64,000 bases of DNA from an uncultured Actinomycetota bacterium (GTDB lineage Bacteria; Actinomycetota; Actinomycetes; Propionibacteriales; Nocardioidaceae). Below, piece by piece: positions 22,202 to 33,148 of the stretch. The first letter of the stretch is position 1. Every line of letters begins with the position of its first letter. A program made the position numbers and the translations under genes. The notes under the pieces were generated by a model. The model saw nothing but the letters and a program-made list of their open reading frames with translations, had not been told where the DNA came from and ran no database searches. The stretch spans positions 495,194-559,193 of the forward strand of contig CAVWPK010000012.1 in assembly GCA_963756795.1 (NCBI GenBank), written 5' to 3'.

Positions 22202-23134
22202 TCACAGGACCGTCTCGGCCGGCGGTCGTTCCAGCGTCTCGACGACGCGGTCGAGCGGCACCGGGCCCGGCAGGAACTGCCGCAGGATCGCCGAGTCGGC
22301 TGTTGGCTGCGCGGGCCGACTCGGCGCATCCTCGGCGCTCGTTCGCGCCGACTCGACGCGCGACCTCACCGCCGCGAAGAGCTGGACGGCCATCGCCCCG
22401 AGGTCGAGCAGCGGTTGGTGGCCGTGGGCGCGGCTCCCGAGGTCGACCTGGGCGATCGCGGCCTGGCCGTGCGCGGCCACCGTGTCGATGAGGGCCGCCA
22501 GCTCGACGGCATAGCCGGTCGGGACCGACAGTGCGGCGAACAGCGAGCGCCGGACTGCCCACTCGCCGGCGAGCGGCTGCACCAGGTCCTGCAGTTGTGG
22601 GTAGAGCAACGAGATGAGCGGCCGCGCGACCAGTTCGGTGACCCGGCCACCGTCCAGCGGTCCGGTCTCACCGGGCCGCTCGTAGAAGCCCTTGACCAGC
22701 TGCACGTCCGGCCAGGTCAGCAGCGGACCGAGCAGCCCGGGCACGAAGTGGGTGTCCCAGTCGGTGAGGTCGGCGTCCATGAAGACCACCAGGTCGCCGC
22801 TGGTCACGAACAGCGACTTCCACATCGCCTCGCCCTTGCCGGGGTGGGTGCCGAGGTCGGGACGGATCTCCGAGGACCGGTGCACGTCCGCGCCGGCGGA
22901 GACGGCTGCGTCGTACGTCCCGTCGGTCGAGTCGCTGTCGATGACGACCACCTCGTCGACGAGTGCGACCGTCTCGACGAGCCGCTCGCGAACCCGCCCC
23001 ACGACGTCGCCGATCGTGCCGACCTCATTGCGCGCAGGTACGACGAGGCTCACCCGGGTCCCGCCCTTGGCGTCGAGAAGGCCGCCGACCGACCAGTCGT
23101 CCCAGTGCGCGGTCCGGATGCCGCTCACGAGCAT
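22202..23134 (-). CDS. gpgS: Glucosyl-3-phosphoglycerate synthase
   Basis: PARNE, IDSDSTD, GKGEAMWKS, FMDAD, GGRVTELVARP, QPLAGE; syntenic with folP2. Confidence 0.92.
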   Translation of the reverse strand: MLVSGIRTAHWDDWSVGGLLDAKGGTRVSLVVPARNEVGTIGDVVGRVRERLVETVALVDEVVVIDSDSTDGTYDAAVSAGADVHRSSEIRPDLGTHPGKGEAMWKSLFVTSGDLVVFMDADLTDWDTHFVPGLLGPLLTWPDVQLVKGFYERPGETGPLDGGRVTELVARPLISLLYPQLQDLVQPLAGEWAVRRSLFAALSVPTGYAVELAALIDTVAAHGQAAIAQVDLGSRAHGHQPLLDLGAMAVQLFAAVRSRVESARTSAEDAPSRPAQPTADSAILRQFLPGPVPLDRVVETLERPPAETVL

Positions 23135-23298
23135 CCCGGGGAATCGGCGGGCATGGCCGCGACCCTACCCACCGTCCGCCCGGGCCGCGGAAGTGCGCCA
23201 TTGCAGCAGAACCGAGGACGTTTCGGCGAGGACGAGGCACACTGGGGCCGTCGGGAACAACGACCGGGAAACTCTCAGGAGAAAGTCCGAGGATCCAG

Positions 23299-23523
23299 AT
23301 GCGAGCTCTCCGCAGATGGATGAGGAAGGTCCGGTGCCGGGCCAAGTACGGTCCGGCGTGCCCGCACGGCGGTCACTACGGCGGCAAGCGCCGCAACTCC
23401 CTCACCGCTGCGCACACCCACGTGCACAAGTCGCCCGATGAGGAGAGCGACTCCAAGGACCACCAGGCCCCGGGTCATCGCGCCGAGAACCGCACGATCG
23501 ACCCGACGAGGGCGGACGCATAG
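23299..23523 (+). CDS. Small basic Cys/His-containing hypothetical protein (74 aa)
   Basis: GGAGAAAG RBS-like site upstream and GC-rich third codon positions; the 3' end overlaps the convergent amidase by 49 nt. Confidence 0.45.
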   Translation: MRALRRWMRKVRCRAKYGPACPHGGHYGGKRRNSLTAAHTHVHKSPDEESDSKDHQAPGHRAENRTIDPTRADA

Positions 23524-24356
23524 TGACGTCGTCCCATCGGGCTCGTCATCAGGTCGGCGTCACCCGGGTCCCGCATGTTGCCGAGCTCGACCAGAACGGT
23601 CGGGATGTCGGCCAAGTTGAGGGTGCCGAGGTCGCCGCGTACGTCGACCCCGTCGCTGCCGGCGTACGTCGATGGCGCGAAGCCCTCCTCGACCAGGACG
23701 TCGCGGACCACCTCGGCCAGCTCGAGCGACGGGGCAGCGATGTCGGTCGTCCATGGCGCGACCGCGGCTGGGGCGATCACGTGGAATCCGTGGGCACCCG
23801 TCACCAACGACCCGTCCGCGTGGATGCTGACCTTCAGGTCGGCGGTCGGTCCGGGGCCGCCGGGGTTGCCGGCGCGGCCGCGCTCGTCGACGCACGGGCC
23901 CCACGCGGCCACCGAGTTGGAAGTCCTCGTCAACCCGACCCGGGCTCCGAGCCGGAGCAGGATCCGCCGGGCAGCACGTGCCACCTCCCAGGTGAAGGTC
24001 GCCTCGGGATAGCCGCTGTCGGTCGCCGTACCCGTGGTGTTGCACGGCTTGGTGAAACCGCCGGCGTCGACGGGAGCGTTCACCTCGGCCGGGAAGGCGG
24101 CGTTGCCCAGCTGGTGGCCCGGATCCAGTACGACGACCAGGCCCGCGAGCGGCCGCTCCGGGTCGACGTCCGGAGCGGGCACCGTCGTCCGGCGAGTGGG
24201 CCCTGCGTCACCCGGCTGGGCCGACCGCGACGTCGCCCGTCCGGACTGGCCGGAGTCGCCGGCCCGGTCGTCACACCCCGCCCCGAGCAGCAGCACGAGC
24301 GTGGGCGCGATCACCGCACCGAGGATTCGCCGAGGAAGCAGTGGGGCGAGGAGCAT
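23475..24356 (-). CDS. N-acetylmuramoyl-L-alanine amidase (Amidase_3), lipoprotein
   Basis: LGAGC lipobox; VLDPGH, EA (Zn ligand), VSIHAD, VELGNM. Confidence 0.92.
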   Translation of the reverse strand: MLLAPLLPRRILGAVIAPTLVLLLGAGCDDRAGDSGQSGRATSRSAQPGDAGPTRRTTVPAPDVDPERPLAGLVVVLDPGHQLGNAAFPAEVNAPVDAGGFTKPCNTTGTATDSGYPEATFTWEVARAARRILLRLGARVGLTRTSNSVAAWGPCVDERGRAGNPGGPGPTADLKVSIHADGSLVTGAHGFHVIAPAAVAPWTTDIAAPSLELAEVVRDVLVEEGFAPSTYAGSDGVDVRGDLGTLNLADIPTVLVELGNMRDPGDADLMTSPMGRRHYASALVGSIVRFSAR

Positions 24357-24599
24357 AGGGCCCTGAGCCTAGGCTGTCCGGCCCGCGGCGTCCGTTCCCA
24401 CAGGGTCGGTACTCCCGTCCGCCGGTCTAGACCAGAAGGTGCGCGGGAGATAACGGTTGCTGTTTCAGGTCGTTGGTCCTGCATACCGAGGCTGGGGAAC
24501 TCGGAACATGCGCCGCGGCGCTCCCCTGCGATGGATATGACGGCTGAGGTGATCTCGTGACACTGGCGATCGGGCACTCTGCCGCATCGCGCTACGAGT

Positions 24600-26027
24600 G
24601 TGCTGTCGGCGCCGTCGAGCCGCTCGCTGCGGCTCGTGCCGTTCTTCCTCGTCCTTCTCGACGTCGTGGTGATCGCCGCCGGCTCCGGGCTCGCGTCGTT
24701 CATCGACAGCAGCATGCCGATGTTCGACGCCGACGCCGCTGACAACCTGGCCAGTCGGACGATGGGCCCGGTGCTGACGCTCGGCTGGGTCCTTGTCATC
24801 GCGCTCGGCGGCGGCTACCGCAAGCAGGTGCTCGGCGGCGGCAGTGATGAGTACAAGCGGGTGCTCAACGCCACCCTCGCCTACACCGGTCTGCTGGCCC
24901 TGATCCTGCTCGTCGCCGAGGCCGACGTCTCTCGTGGATTCTTCCTCCTGCTCTTCGTCCTCGGGCTGCCGAGCCTGCTTCTTTCTCGCTGGGGCGCTCG
25001 GAACCTGCTCCACCGTGCGCGCAGTGCCGGCCACCTCGGTCTACCTGTGCTCATCGCCGGGTCCCCCGAGCACGTCGACGAGATTCACGGCGTACTCGAC
25101 CGCTCGCGGTGGCTGGGCTATCGAGTGGTCGGCGCGGTGACGCCGCCCGGCGACGCGAGCCACACCGTCGGCGGCGTGCCGGTCGTCGGCACCACCGACG
25201 ATCTCTCGACCGCCGCCCTGCAGGCCGACGCACAGCTCATCTTGTTCGCCGGCGGCTCGTCGACCTCGGCGCAGGATCTCCAGGAGAAGGTCTGGCAGGT
25301 CGAGGAGCGAGGAATCGGTGTCGTCGTGGCGCAGAGCGCCACCGGCATCATCATGAGCGACCGCGCGTCGTTCCGGCCGGTCGGTGGCCTCCCCCTGATG
25401 CACCTCGGTGCGCCGGCCTGGGCGCAGGCGACCCGCATCGGCAAGCGCACCTTCGACGTCGTCGGCGCGACGACCCTCCTGGTCGCCTTCAGCCCGCTGT
25501 TCCTCTTCATCGCCCTGCGGATCAAGCTGCACGACCGCGGCCAGGTGTTCTTCCAGCAGTCACGGGTCGGCCGGCAGGGCGTGCCGTTCCGCTGCGCCAA
25601 GTTCCGCACCATGGTCCCGAACGCCGAGGAGCTGCTCGCCGCACTCCACGCAGAGACGGGCTACGACGGCGGCCTGTTCAAGATGGAGGCCGACCCGCGG
25701 ATCACCAAGCCGGGTCGGTGGCTGCGTCGCTTCTCCTTCGACGAGCTCCCCCAGCTGTGGAACGTCGTACGCGGCGACATGAGCCTGGTCGGCCCCCGGC
25801 CGCCACTCCCCCACGAGGTGGCGCGCTACGACGTCGCCGCGCGCCGCCGCCTCCATGTGCGCCCCGGCATGACCGGTCTCTGGCAGGTCTCCGGCCGCTC
25901 GGACCTCTCCTGGGAGCACGCCATCCGGCTCGACCTCTACTACGTCGACCACTGGTCGATGCTCCAGGACCTGCACATCCTGTGGCGCACCCTCGGCGTC
26001 GTCATCCTCGGCCGGGGCGCCTACTAG
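24600..26027 (+). CDS. Priming polyprenyl glycosylphosphotransferase (WcaJ/WbaP-like sugar transferase)
   Basis: Five N-terminal TMs, KRTFDV, KFRTM, DELPQLWNV.RGDMSLVGPRP, RPGMTGLWQVSGRS, DLYYV. Confidence 0.95.
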   Translation: MLSAPSSRSLRLVPFFLVLLDVVVIAAGSGLASFIDSSMPMFDADAADNLASRTMGPVLTLGWVLVIALGGGYRKQVLGGGSDEYKRVLNATLAYTGLLALILLVAEADVSRGFFLLLFVLGLPSLLLSRWGARNLLHRARSAGHLGLPVLIAGSPEHVDEIHGVLDRSRWLGYRVVGAVTPPGDASHTVGGVPVVGTTDDLSTAALQADAQLILFAGGSSTSAQDLQEKVWQVEERGIGVVVAQSATGIIMSDRASFRPVGGLPLMHLGAPAWAQATRIGKRTFDVVGATTLLVAFSPLFLFIALRIKLHDRGQVFFQQSRVGRQGVPFRCAKFRTMVPNAEELLAALHAETGYDGGLFKMEADPRITKPGRWLRRFSFDELPQLWNVVRGDMSLVGPRPPLPHEVARYDVAARRRLHVRPGMTGLWQVSGRSDLSWEHAIRLDLYYVDHWSMLQDLHILWRTLGVVILGRGAY

Positions 26028-26149
26028 CCGAAGTGTCACGGTTGGCTGGCCGAAGTGTCACGGTTGGCTGGCCGAAGTGTCACCGTTGGCTGGCCGAAGT
26101 GTCACGGTTGGCTGGCCGAAGTGTCACGGTTGGCTGGCCGAAGTGTCAC
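26027..26149 (+). repeat. 22-bp tandem repeat, 5 full copies plus a partial copy (GCCGAAGTGTCACGGTTGGCTG)
   Basis: Read directly; units start at 26027, 26049, 26071 (one G>C change), 26093, 26115 and 26137 (partial). Confidence 0.97.
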
Positions 26150-26202
26150 ACCTCGCGGCACCAACACCGACACCTCGCGGCACCAACACCGACACCTCGC
26201 GG
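26148..26202 (-). repeat. Second 22-bp tandem repeat, 2.5 copies (ACACCTCGCGGCACCAACACCG)
   Basis: Units start at 26148, 26170 and 26192 (partial). Its reverse complement shares GAxGTGTC and GTTGG with the first array. Confidence 0.92.
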
Positions 26203-26207
26203 GGGGT

Positions 26208-27212
26208 TCACTCGTAGCCGAGCACTGACTTCCGCTTTTCGCCCCAGGCCAGCGCGGACGCGATCGCGTCGTCCAGGGAAGCCTCGGTCCGCCAGTCCAG
26301 CAGTTCGGCGGCCTTCTCTGCGTTGGCGAACGCGCCGACGGCGTCACCCGGCCGGGGTGGCGCCTCGGTCACCGGTACCGGCTTGCCGACCACACGCTCG
26401 ACGGCCGCGATCAGCTCCTTGACAGTGACGCCGTCGCCGCCGCCGAGGTTCAGGTAGGAGTACGGCGCACCCTCGGCCGCGATCACGTCGTCGAACCTCT
26501 CGACTGCGCGGACGTGCGCCTTCGCCAGGTCCCACGCGTGGATGTAGTCACGGATGCCGGTCCCGTCGCGGGTCGGCAGGTCGGTGCCGGTGATGGTGAA
26601 CGAGTCGCGGTAGCCCAGCGCGGTCTGCGCGAGCAGCGGTACGACGTGCGTTGCGTCCTTGACGTGGTAGCCCGTCTCGAGCTCCGGGTCGGTCCCGATC
26701 GGGTTGAAGTAGCGCAGGATGATCGCCCGCAGGCTGGTGGCCCGGGCGATGTCCTCCAGGCACATCTCCATCATCCGCTTGGTGCGGGCGTAGGGCGACG
26801 TCGGCTCGACGGGATCGGTCTCCCGGACCTCGAAGGCCGGCTGCAGCGCATAGAGCGACGCCGTCGACGAGAAGAGGATCCGCGGCTTGCCGAGCTGCTC
26901 GAGCTGGTCGAAGAGCTCCAGCGACTTCGCGACGTTGTCGCGGTAGTACTCGTAGGGCAGCTCGACGGACTCCGGTACGACGATCCGCGCCGCCATGTGA
27001 ATGGTGGCCTCGATCTCGGGGTGCTCCTCGACGATCCGGCTCAACAGCGCCCGGTCTGAGATGTCGCCCTCGTAGAAGGTCCGGTTCTCGGTGAACTTGC
27101 GGGGCCCGACGAGCAGCGAGTCGAGCAGCACCGGGGTGTGCCCCGCCTGCTCGAGCGCTTTCGAGGTGACCGAGCCGAGGTAGCCGGCGCCGCCGGTGAC
27201 GAGAACCTTCAT
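26208..27212 (-). CDS. galE: UDP-glucose 4-epimerase
   Basis: VTGGAGYLGS, YYRDNV, PYARTK, LRYFNPIG, TGIRDYIH, RRPGD-like PRPGD. Confidence 0.93.
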   Translation of the reverse strand: MKVLVTGGAGYLGSVTSKALEQAGHTPVLLDSLLVGPRKFTENRTFYEGDISDRALLSRIVEEHPEIEATIHMAARIVVPESVELPYEYYRDNVAKSLELFDQLEQLGKPRILFSSTASLYALQPAFEVRETDPVEPTSPYARTKRMMEMCLEDIARATSLRAIILRYFNPIGTDPELETGYHVKDATHVVPLLAQTALGYRDSFTITGTDLPTRDGTGIRDYIHAWDLAKAHVRAVERFDDVIAAEGAPYSYLNLGGGDGVTVKELIAAVERVVGKPVPVTEAPPRPGDAVGAFANAEKAAELLDWRTEASLDDAIASALAWGEKRKSVLGYE

Positions 27213-27236
27213 GGAGCGAGAGCCTAGTAGGGAGTG

Positions 27237-29129
<1,893 letters not shown>

Positions 29130-29130
29130 C

Positions 29131-29487
29131 TCAGCTGACCTCGACCCGCCCGTAGTCGTCATCGAGCCGGCAGATGTCGTCCTCGCCGGTGTAGGTGCCG
29201 TGCTGCACCTCGATGATGATCAGCGGCTCGTCGTGCTCGTTGGCGATCCGGTGCGGTTCGCCGACCGCGACGTTGACGGAGTCCGCGACGTAGAGCACCC
29301 GGACGTCGTCGTCGATCACGCAGGTCGCGATGCCGGAGACGACGGTCCAGTGCTCGGCCCGGTGCGCGTGGGTCTGGTAGGACAGCCGGGCGCCGGGTTC
29401 GACGACGATCCGCTTCACCTTGAAGCCGTCGCCTTCGTCCAGCACCTGCCACGAGCCCCACGGTCGAATTGCGCTGTCACCGATCAC
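29131..29487 (-). CDS. Stand-alone mannose-6-phosphate isomerase type II cupin domain
   Basis: RPWGSW, VKRIVVEPGARLSYQTH.HRAEHW, EVQHGTYTGEDDICR..DDYGR. Confidence 0.9.
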   Translation of the reverse strand: MIGDSAIRPWGSWQVLDEGDGFKVKRIVVEPGARLSYQTHAHRAEHWTVVSGIATCVIDDDVRVLYVADSVNVAVGEPHRIANEHDEPLIIIEVQHGTYTGEDDICRLDDDYGRVEVS

Positions 29488-29610
29488 GTCTTGTCCCTCC
29501 CTGTGTCCCTTGACCCGCCGGCGCCCCCCAGCCCGTCGGCGTCTGTGACGTCAACGAACGCCGAGCCGTCGAGGGTACGGACGAGCAGACGGAAAGTTTC
29601 TCAGGCGCGA

Positions 29611-29892
29611 TCACCGGCGCCGTAGACCAGCAAGTGCCGGCCTGACGTCGGCCAGGTAGACCAGCGAGGCAACCGTCATCGCCAGGTTGACGATCGTCAG
29701 CGGCAACGGCAGCAGCTGGAGCAGCACCGCGACGCCGAGCAGGATGCACCAGGTCGGCTTGTTGAGCTTGCCGGCCGCGAGGTAGGCCTCCGCCGAGTAG
29801 AGCAGCGCGTTGGCGAACGCGAAGATCTTGATCACGAGCAGCACGAAGAACACGGCCAGCTGCACATAGCCCTCGAACACGAACACATCCAT
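29611..29892 (-). CDS. DUF2516 family membrane protein
   Basis: AYLAAGKLNK..W..IL, VYLADVRPA; syntenic with hbhA. Confidence 0.88.
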   Translation of the reverse strand: MDVFVFEGYVQLAVFFVLLVIKIFAFANALLYSAEAYLAAGKLNKPTWCILLGVAVLLQLLPLPLTIVNLAMTVASLVYLADVRPALAGLRRR

Positions 29893-29978
29893 GGTGCGCT
29901 GATCCTATCGGTGCCTCGGGTTTCGAGGCTCGCCGCGCTCGCAACTCAACCAGCGGGGTGAAAATGGGCAAAGTGGGA

Positions 29979-30015
29979 ACGAGGCCCCGAGGGGGTTCAC
30001 CCCTCGGAGCCTCGT
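29979..30015 (-). terminator. Intrinsic terminator-like hairpin downstream of hbhA
   Basis: ACGAGGC CCCGAGGGG gttca CCCCTCGG A GCCTCGT long stem. Confidence 0.7.
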
Positions 30016-30032
30016 CGACGTGGAGCCTCAGC

Positions 30033-30614
30033 TCAGTTGGCAGCAGCCTTCTTGGCCGAGGACTTCTTGGCGGCGGTCTTCTTGGCCGGAGCCTTCTTGG
30101 CGGGCGTCTTCTTGGCCGGCGCCTTCTTGGCCACGGAGCCGGGGACCGAGGCCGGGGCCTTCACCGAGTCGCCCTTGCGGAGCTTGGTGACGACGCTCTC
30201 GCCGCGCTTGGCGAGGTCGGCGTAGGTGCCGGTCACGGTCGCGACGTTCTCGTCGTACTGCTTCTTGACGGTCGTCTGGACCTTGGTCGGCAGCGCCTTG
30301 GCGTCGGCCTGGAGCTCGGAGAGCCTGGTCTCGAACTTCGCGCGGGTGTCGTTGAGCTGAGCGGCGGCCTTGTCCTGCAGGTTCTTGGGCTGCGGAACCT
30401 CGAACTCCTTGACGGACTTCTGGACGTCGGCGACGCGAGCGTTGACCTTGGTCTGGACCTCGGCGACGTAGACCTTGACCTTCTCGACGGCCAGGTCGGT
30501 GACGCCGACGCCGGCGTAGAGCGGCTTGGCGGCAACCTCAGGGACCTCGGGGAGGTCGATCGACTTCAGGTCCACCTTCGGGACCTCGAACTTCGGGAGC
30601 TCGAATTTCGGCAT
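30033..30614 (-). CDS. hbhA: Heparin-binding hemagglutinin-like (HBHA/TadA) protein
   Basis: [14 protein letters not shown], coiled coil, [10 protein letters not shown]-terminal (K)KAPAKK repeats; XRE-hbhA-DUF2516 gene order. Confidence 0.8.
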   Translation of the reverse strand: MPKFELPKFEVPKVDLKSIDLPEVPEVAAKPLYAGVGVTDLAVEKVKVYVAEVQTKVNARVADVQKSVKEFEVPQPKNLQDKAAAQLNDTRAKFETRLSELQADAKALPTKVQTTVKKQYDENVATVTGTYADLAKRGESVVTKLRKGDSVKAPASVPGSVAKKAPAKKTPAKKAPAKKTAAKKSSAKKAAAN

Positions 30615-30658
30615 GGTGAGATACACCCTTCGTTTGGTGTTGCGGGTTGGTGGTTTTT

Positions 30659-31084
30659 TCAGAGCGGGGCGGTCGTCGCGTCGGACACACTGGACTCGCC
30701 GGCATCGACGGGTGCGGGCACCGCGTCGGAGTCGTTGAGCGCCAGGAACGACGCGTAGACATCGAGGAGCGACTGCTTCTGTCGCTCGGTGAGGCCGGTA
30801 TCGCCGAGTACGGCGAGCTCGACCGACCCACCTACGCCGTCGTCCGGGCTGAGAATGCCAGCCCGGATGTAGAGCTGCTCCGCGGAGATCCGGAGCGCCT
30901 TGGCGATCTGCTGCAGCACCTCGGCGGAGGGCTTGCGAAGACCGCGCTCGATCTGGCTCAGGTAAGGATTCGAGACGCCGGCCTGCTCGGCGAGCTGCCG
31001 CAGGGAGAGGCGAGACTGCGTGCGCTGCTCCTTGAGGTATTCACCCAGAGCACCGACCGTCTCGGTCACCTTTACCTTCACCAT
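30659..31084 (-). CDS. XRE family HTH transcriptional regulator (Rv0474-like)
   Basis: LSLRQLAEQAGVSNPYLSQIERGLRKPSAEVL. Confidence 0.93.
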   Translation of the reverse strand: MVKVKVTETVGALGEYLKEQRTQSRLSLRQLAEQAGVSNPYLSQIERGLRKPSAEVLQQIAKALRISAEQLYIRAGILSPDDGVGGSVELAVLGDTGLTERQKQSLLDVYASFLALNDSDAVPAPVDAGESSVSDATTAPL

Positions 31085-31091
31085 GCCGCCC

Positions 31092-31121
31092 AGTGTGCTA
31101 GCAATAGTTAGCATTTTGCAA
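31092..31121 (-). promoter_or_regulatory. Sigma-A-like promoter of the XRE gene with overlapping TGCTA..TAGCA inverted repeats
   Basis: Minus strand TTGCAA-18 nt-CACACT-7 nt-ATG; plus strand TGCTAGCAATAGTTAGCA is AT-rich and palindromic. Confidence 0.5.
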
Positions 31122-31249
31122 GCTGGGGCAACGTGAACTGGTTCACACCGGTTCCCGCGCCGGTCGACGAGGTCGCTCCGGGGACCGCCACGAGACCAGA
31201 GCCCAAGGCAATTCCTAGTGTCTTGCGTGGGTTTGGCAAGATACGGCGT

Positions 31250-33148
31250 GTGTCGCGCCCCCCTCTCCCCCAGCACTGCCCGTCGCCGCGGGAGCTGGAC
31301 GACCTCGAGCTGCTGTCGGTCGGGGCGATGGCGCCGACGCTCGGGTTCAACGAACCGGGCAGCCCGGTCACCCTCGCCCTTCCTGACGAGCGGGCGTCGG
31401 AGGTCGCCGCCGGCGGCTCGGTCGAGCTGGTCGACCCGGAGGGCCTGCCCCTGGCCACGGTCACCGGCCGTGGGTCGGGCTGGTCGGTCCGGCCGCTGAC
31501 CCACGCGCAGTACGGCCCGTTCCGCCGCCTCTACCTACGTCCGGCCGACGTCCGGCAGCGGTACGCCGGCCGCACCTTCGTCACCGTCACCGATGCGACC
31601 AGCGACGAGCAGCTCGCCCAGCTCAAGGGGCTGGGCGCCATCACCCTGCTGGCCCTCGTCGGTCGGGGCACCCCCGCGCTGTCCCCCGTCGGTCTGCTCC
31701 GGGCCACGCTGCGCGTGGCCCGCCTGGTCGCCGAGGACGGTCCCGCGGCCGACGTGGTCGCCGTACCCCTCGCCGCGCACGGCGACGTCGCGGCGGACGC
31801 GACCCTGCGCGCACAAGTGATCGCCAACTACGCCGGACCGGATCGCGTCGTTGACCTCGCTCCCGGCGGGGTGCCCACCGCCGCCGTCGCCGACATCGTC
31901 CGCGCCGACCGGCCCACGCCGGACGAGCAAGGTCTGGTTCTCTTCTTCACCGGCCTCTCCGGGAGCGGCAAGTCGACCCTCGCCCAGGCGCTGATGGACC
32001 GCCTGCTCGAGCGCGGTGGGCGGTCCCTGACCAGCCTCGACGGCGACGTCGTCCGCCGGAACCTGTCGGCCGGGCTGACCTTCTCCAAGGAGGACCGGGA
32101 GACCAACATCCGCCGGATCGGCTGGGTCGCCGCCGAGGTCGCGCGGCACGGCGGTGTCGCGGTCTGCAGCCCGATCGCCCCGTTCGACGACACCCGCCAG
32201 CAGGTGCGGCAGTACGTCGCCGACGCCGGCGGCGCGTTCTTCCTGGTCCACGTCGCGACGCCGCTCGAGGAGTGCGAGCGTCGTGACCGGAAGGGCCTCT
32301 ACGCCAAGGCACGCCGCGGCGAGATCCCGGAGTTCACCGGCATCTCCTCGCCCTACGAGGAGCCCCACGACGCCGACGTACGCGTGGACACCACCGGCCG
32401 CTCGATCGACGAGGCGCTGGACGACGTACTCGTCGCGCTCCGCGACGCGGGCTACCTCAACCTGGTCGATGACGCCGCCCCGACGGCCGGCCGGACCGAG
32501 CCGGCGCCTGCGGTGGTCGAGATGCGGCCCGCGCCGACACCGCGCGCCGAACCGGCCGACCGCGCCGGCGACGGAGTCCGTGCCGGGGCCGCCCATCTCA
32601 GCGTCCTCTTCGTCTGTACGGCGAACATCTGCCGCTCGCCCTACATGGAGCTGCGGGCGGGCACCCTCCTGCTGCCCGACGGCCCGGTCACGATCGAGCT
32701 CGCCAGCGCGGGCACCCACGGCTTCCGCAAACGCGGTGTCGACGAGACCATGGCCGGCGTCCTCACCGACCGCGGCGTGAGCGGCGAGCGTATCGCCGGG
32801 TTCCGCAGCCAGCCGCTGACCCGCGCGCTGGTCGAGGTCGCCGACCTGGTGCTGACCGCCGAGTCCAGCCATCGCGCCTACCTGCTCGAGGAGGCGCCGG
32901 GCGCCTTCCGGAAGGTCTTCACCCTCGGCCAGTTCGCGGACACCGTGGCCCGCGTCGACGCCCAGGTCGTCGGCCCGGACCTGGTCGCCTTCGCAGGCCA
33001 CCGCAGGGCGGCCGCGGACCCCCGGCACGAGATCAGCGACCCGTTCAGCCGCGGTCGGGCTGCTGCCAACCGGGCAGCCGACCAGATCGACGGCCTGTTG
33101 CGCGTCGTCATGCCCCGTCTGACGGGCTCAGGAAGGATCCACCGATGA
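31250..33148 (+). CDS. cysC: Adenylyl-sulfate kinase fusion: degenerate Sat-like N-terminus + APS kinase + LMW protein-tyrosine phosphatase
   Basis: FTGLSGSGKST, LDGDVVRRNLS.GLTFSKEDR, RDRKGLY.KAR.GEI..FTGIS.PYEEP; C-terminal LFVCTANICRSP and ISDPF. Confidence 0.9.
   Translation: MSRPPLPQHCPSPRELDDLELLSVGAMAPTLGFNEPGSPVTLALPDERASEVAAGGSVELVDPEGLPLATVTGRGSGWSVRPLTHAQYGPFRRLYLRPADVRQRYAGRTFVTVTDATSDEQLAQLKGLGAITLLALVGRGTPALSPVGLLRATLRVARLVAEDGPAADVVAVPLAAHGDVAADATLRAQVIANYAGPDRVVDLAPGGVPTAAVADIVRADRPTPDEQGLVLFFTGLSGSGKSTLAQALMDRLLERGGRSLTSLDGDVVRRNLSAGLTFSKEDRETNIRRIGWVAAEVARHGGVAVCSPIAPFDDTRQQVRQYVADAGGAFFLVHVATPLEECERRDRKGLYAKARRGEIPEFTGISSPYEEPHDADVRVDTTGRSIDEALDDVLVALRDAGYLNLVDDAAPTAGRTEPAPAVVEMRPAPTPRAEPADRAGDGVRAGAAHLSVLFVCTANICRSPYMELRAGTLLLPDGPVTIELASAGTHGFRKRGVDETMAGVLTDRGVSGERIAGFRSQPLTRALVEVADLVLTAESSHRAYLLEEAPGAFRKVFTLGQFADTVARVDAQVVGPDLVAFAGHRRAAADPRHEISDPFSRGRAAANRAADQIDGLLRVVMPRLTGSGRIHR

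Noticed and set aside
23200-23290. Glycine riboswitch (AAACTCTCAGG resembles the aptamer 3' end)
   Set aside because: The upstream GGAGA..CCGAAG core and tandem aptamer are missing and no glycine-related gene follows; the motif is better explained as an RBS region.
26027-26202. CRISPR array
   Set aside because: The repeats are directly adjacent with no unique spacers, and no cas genes are nearby.
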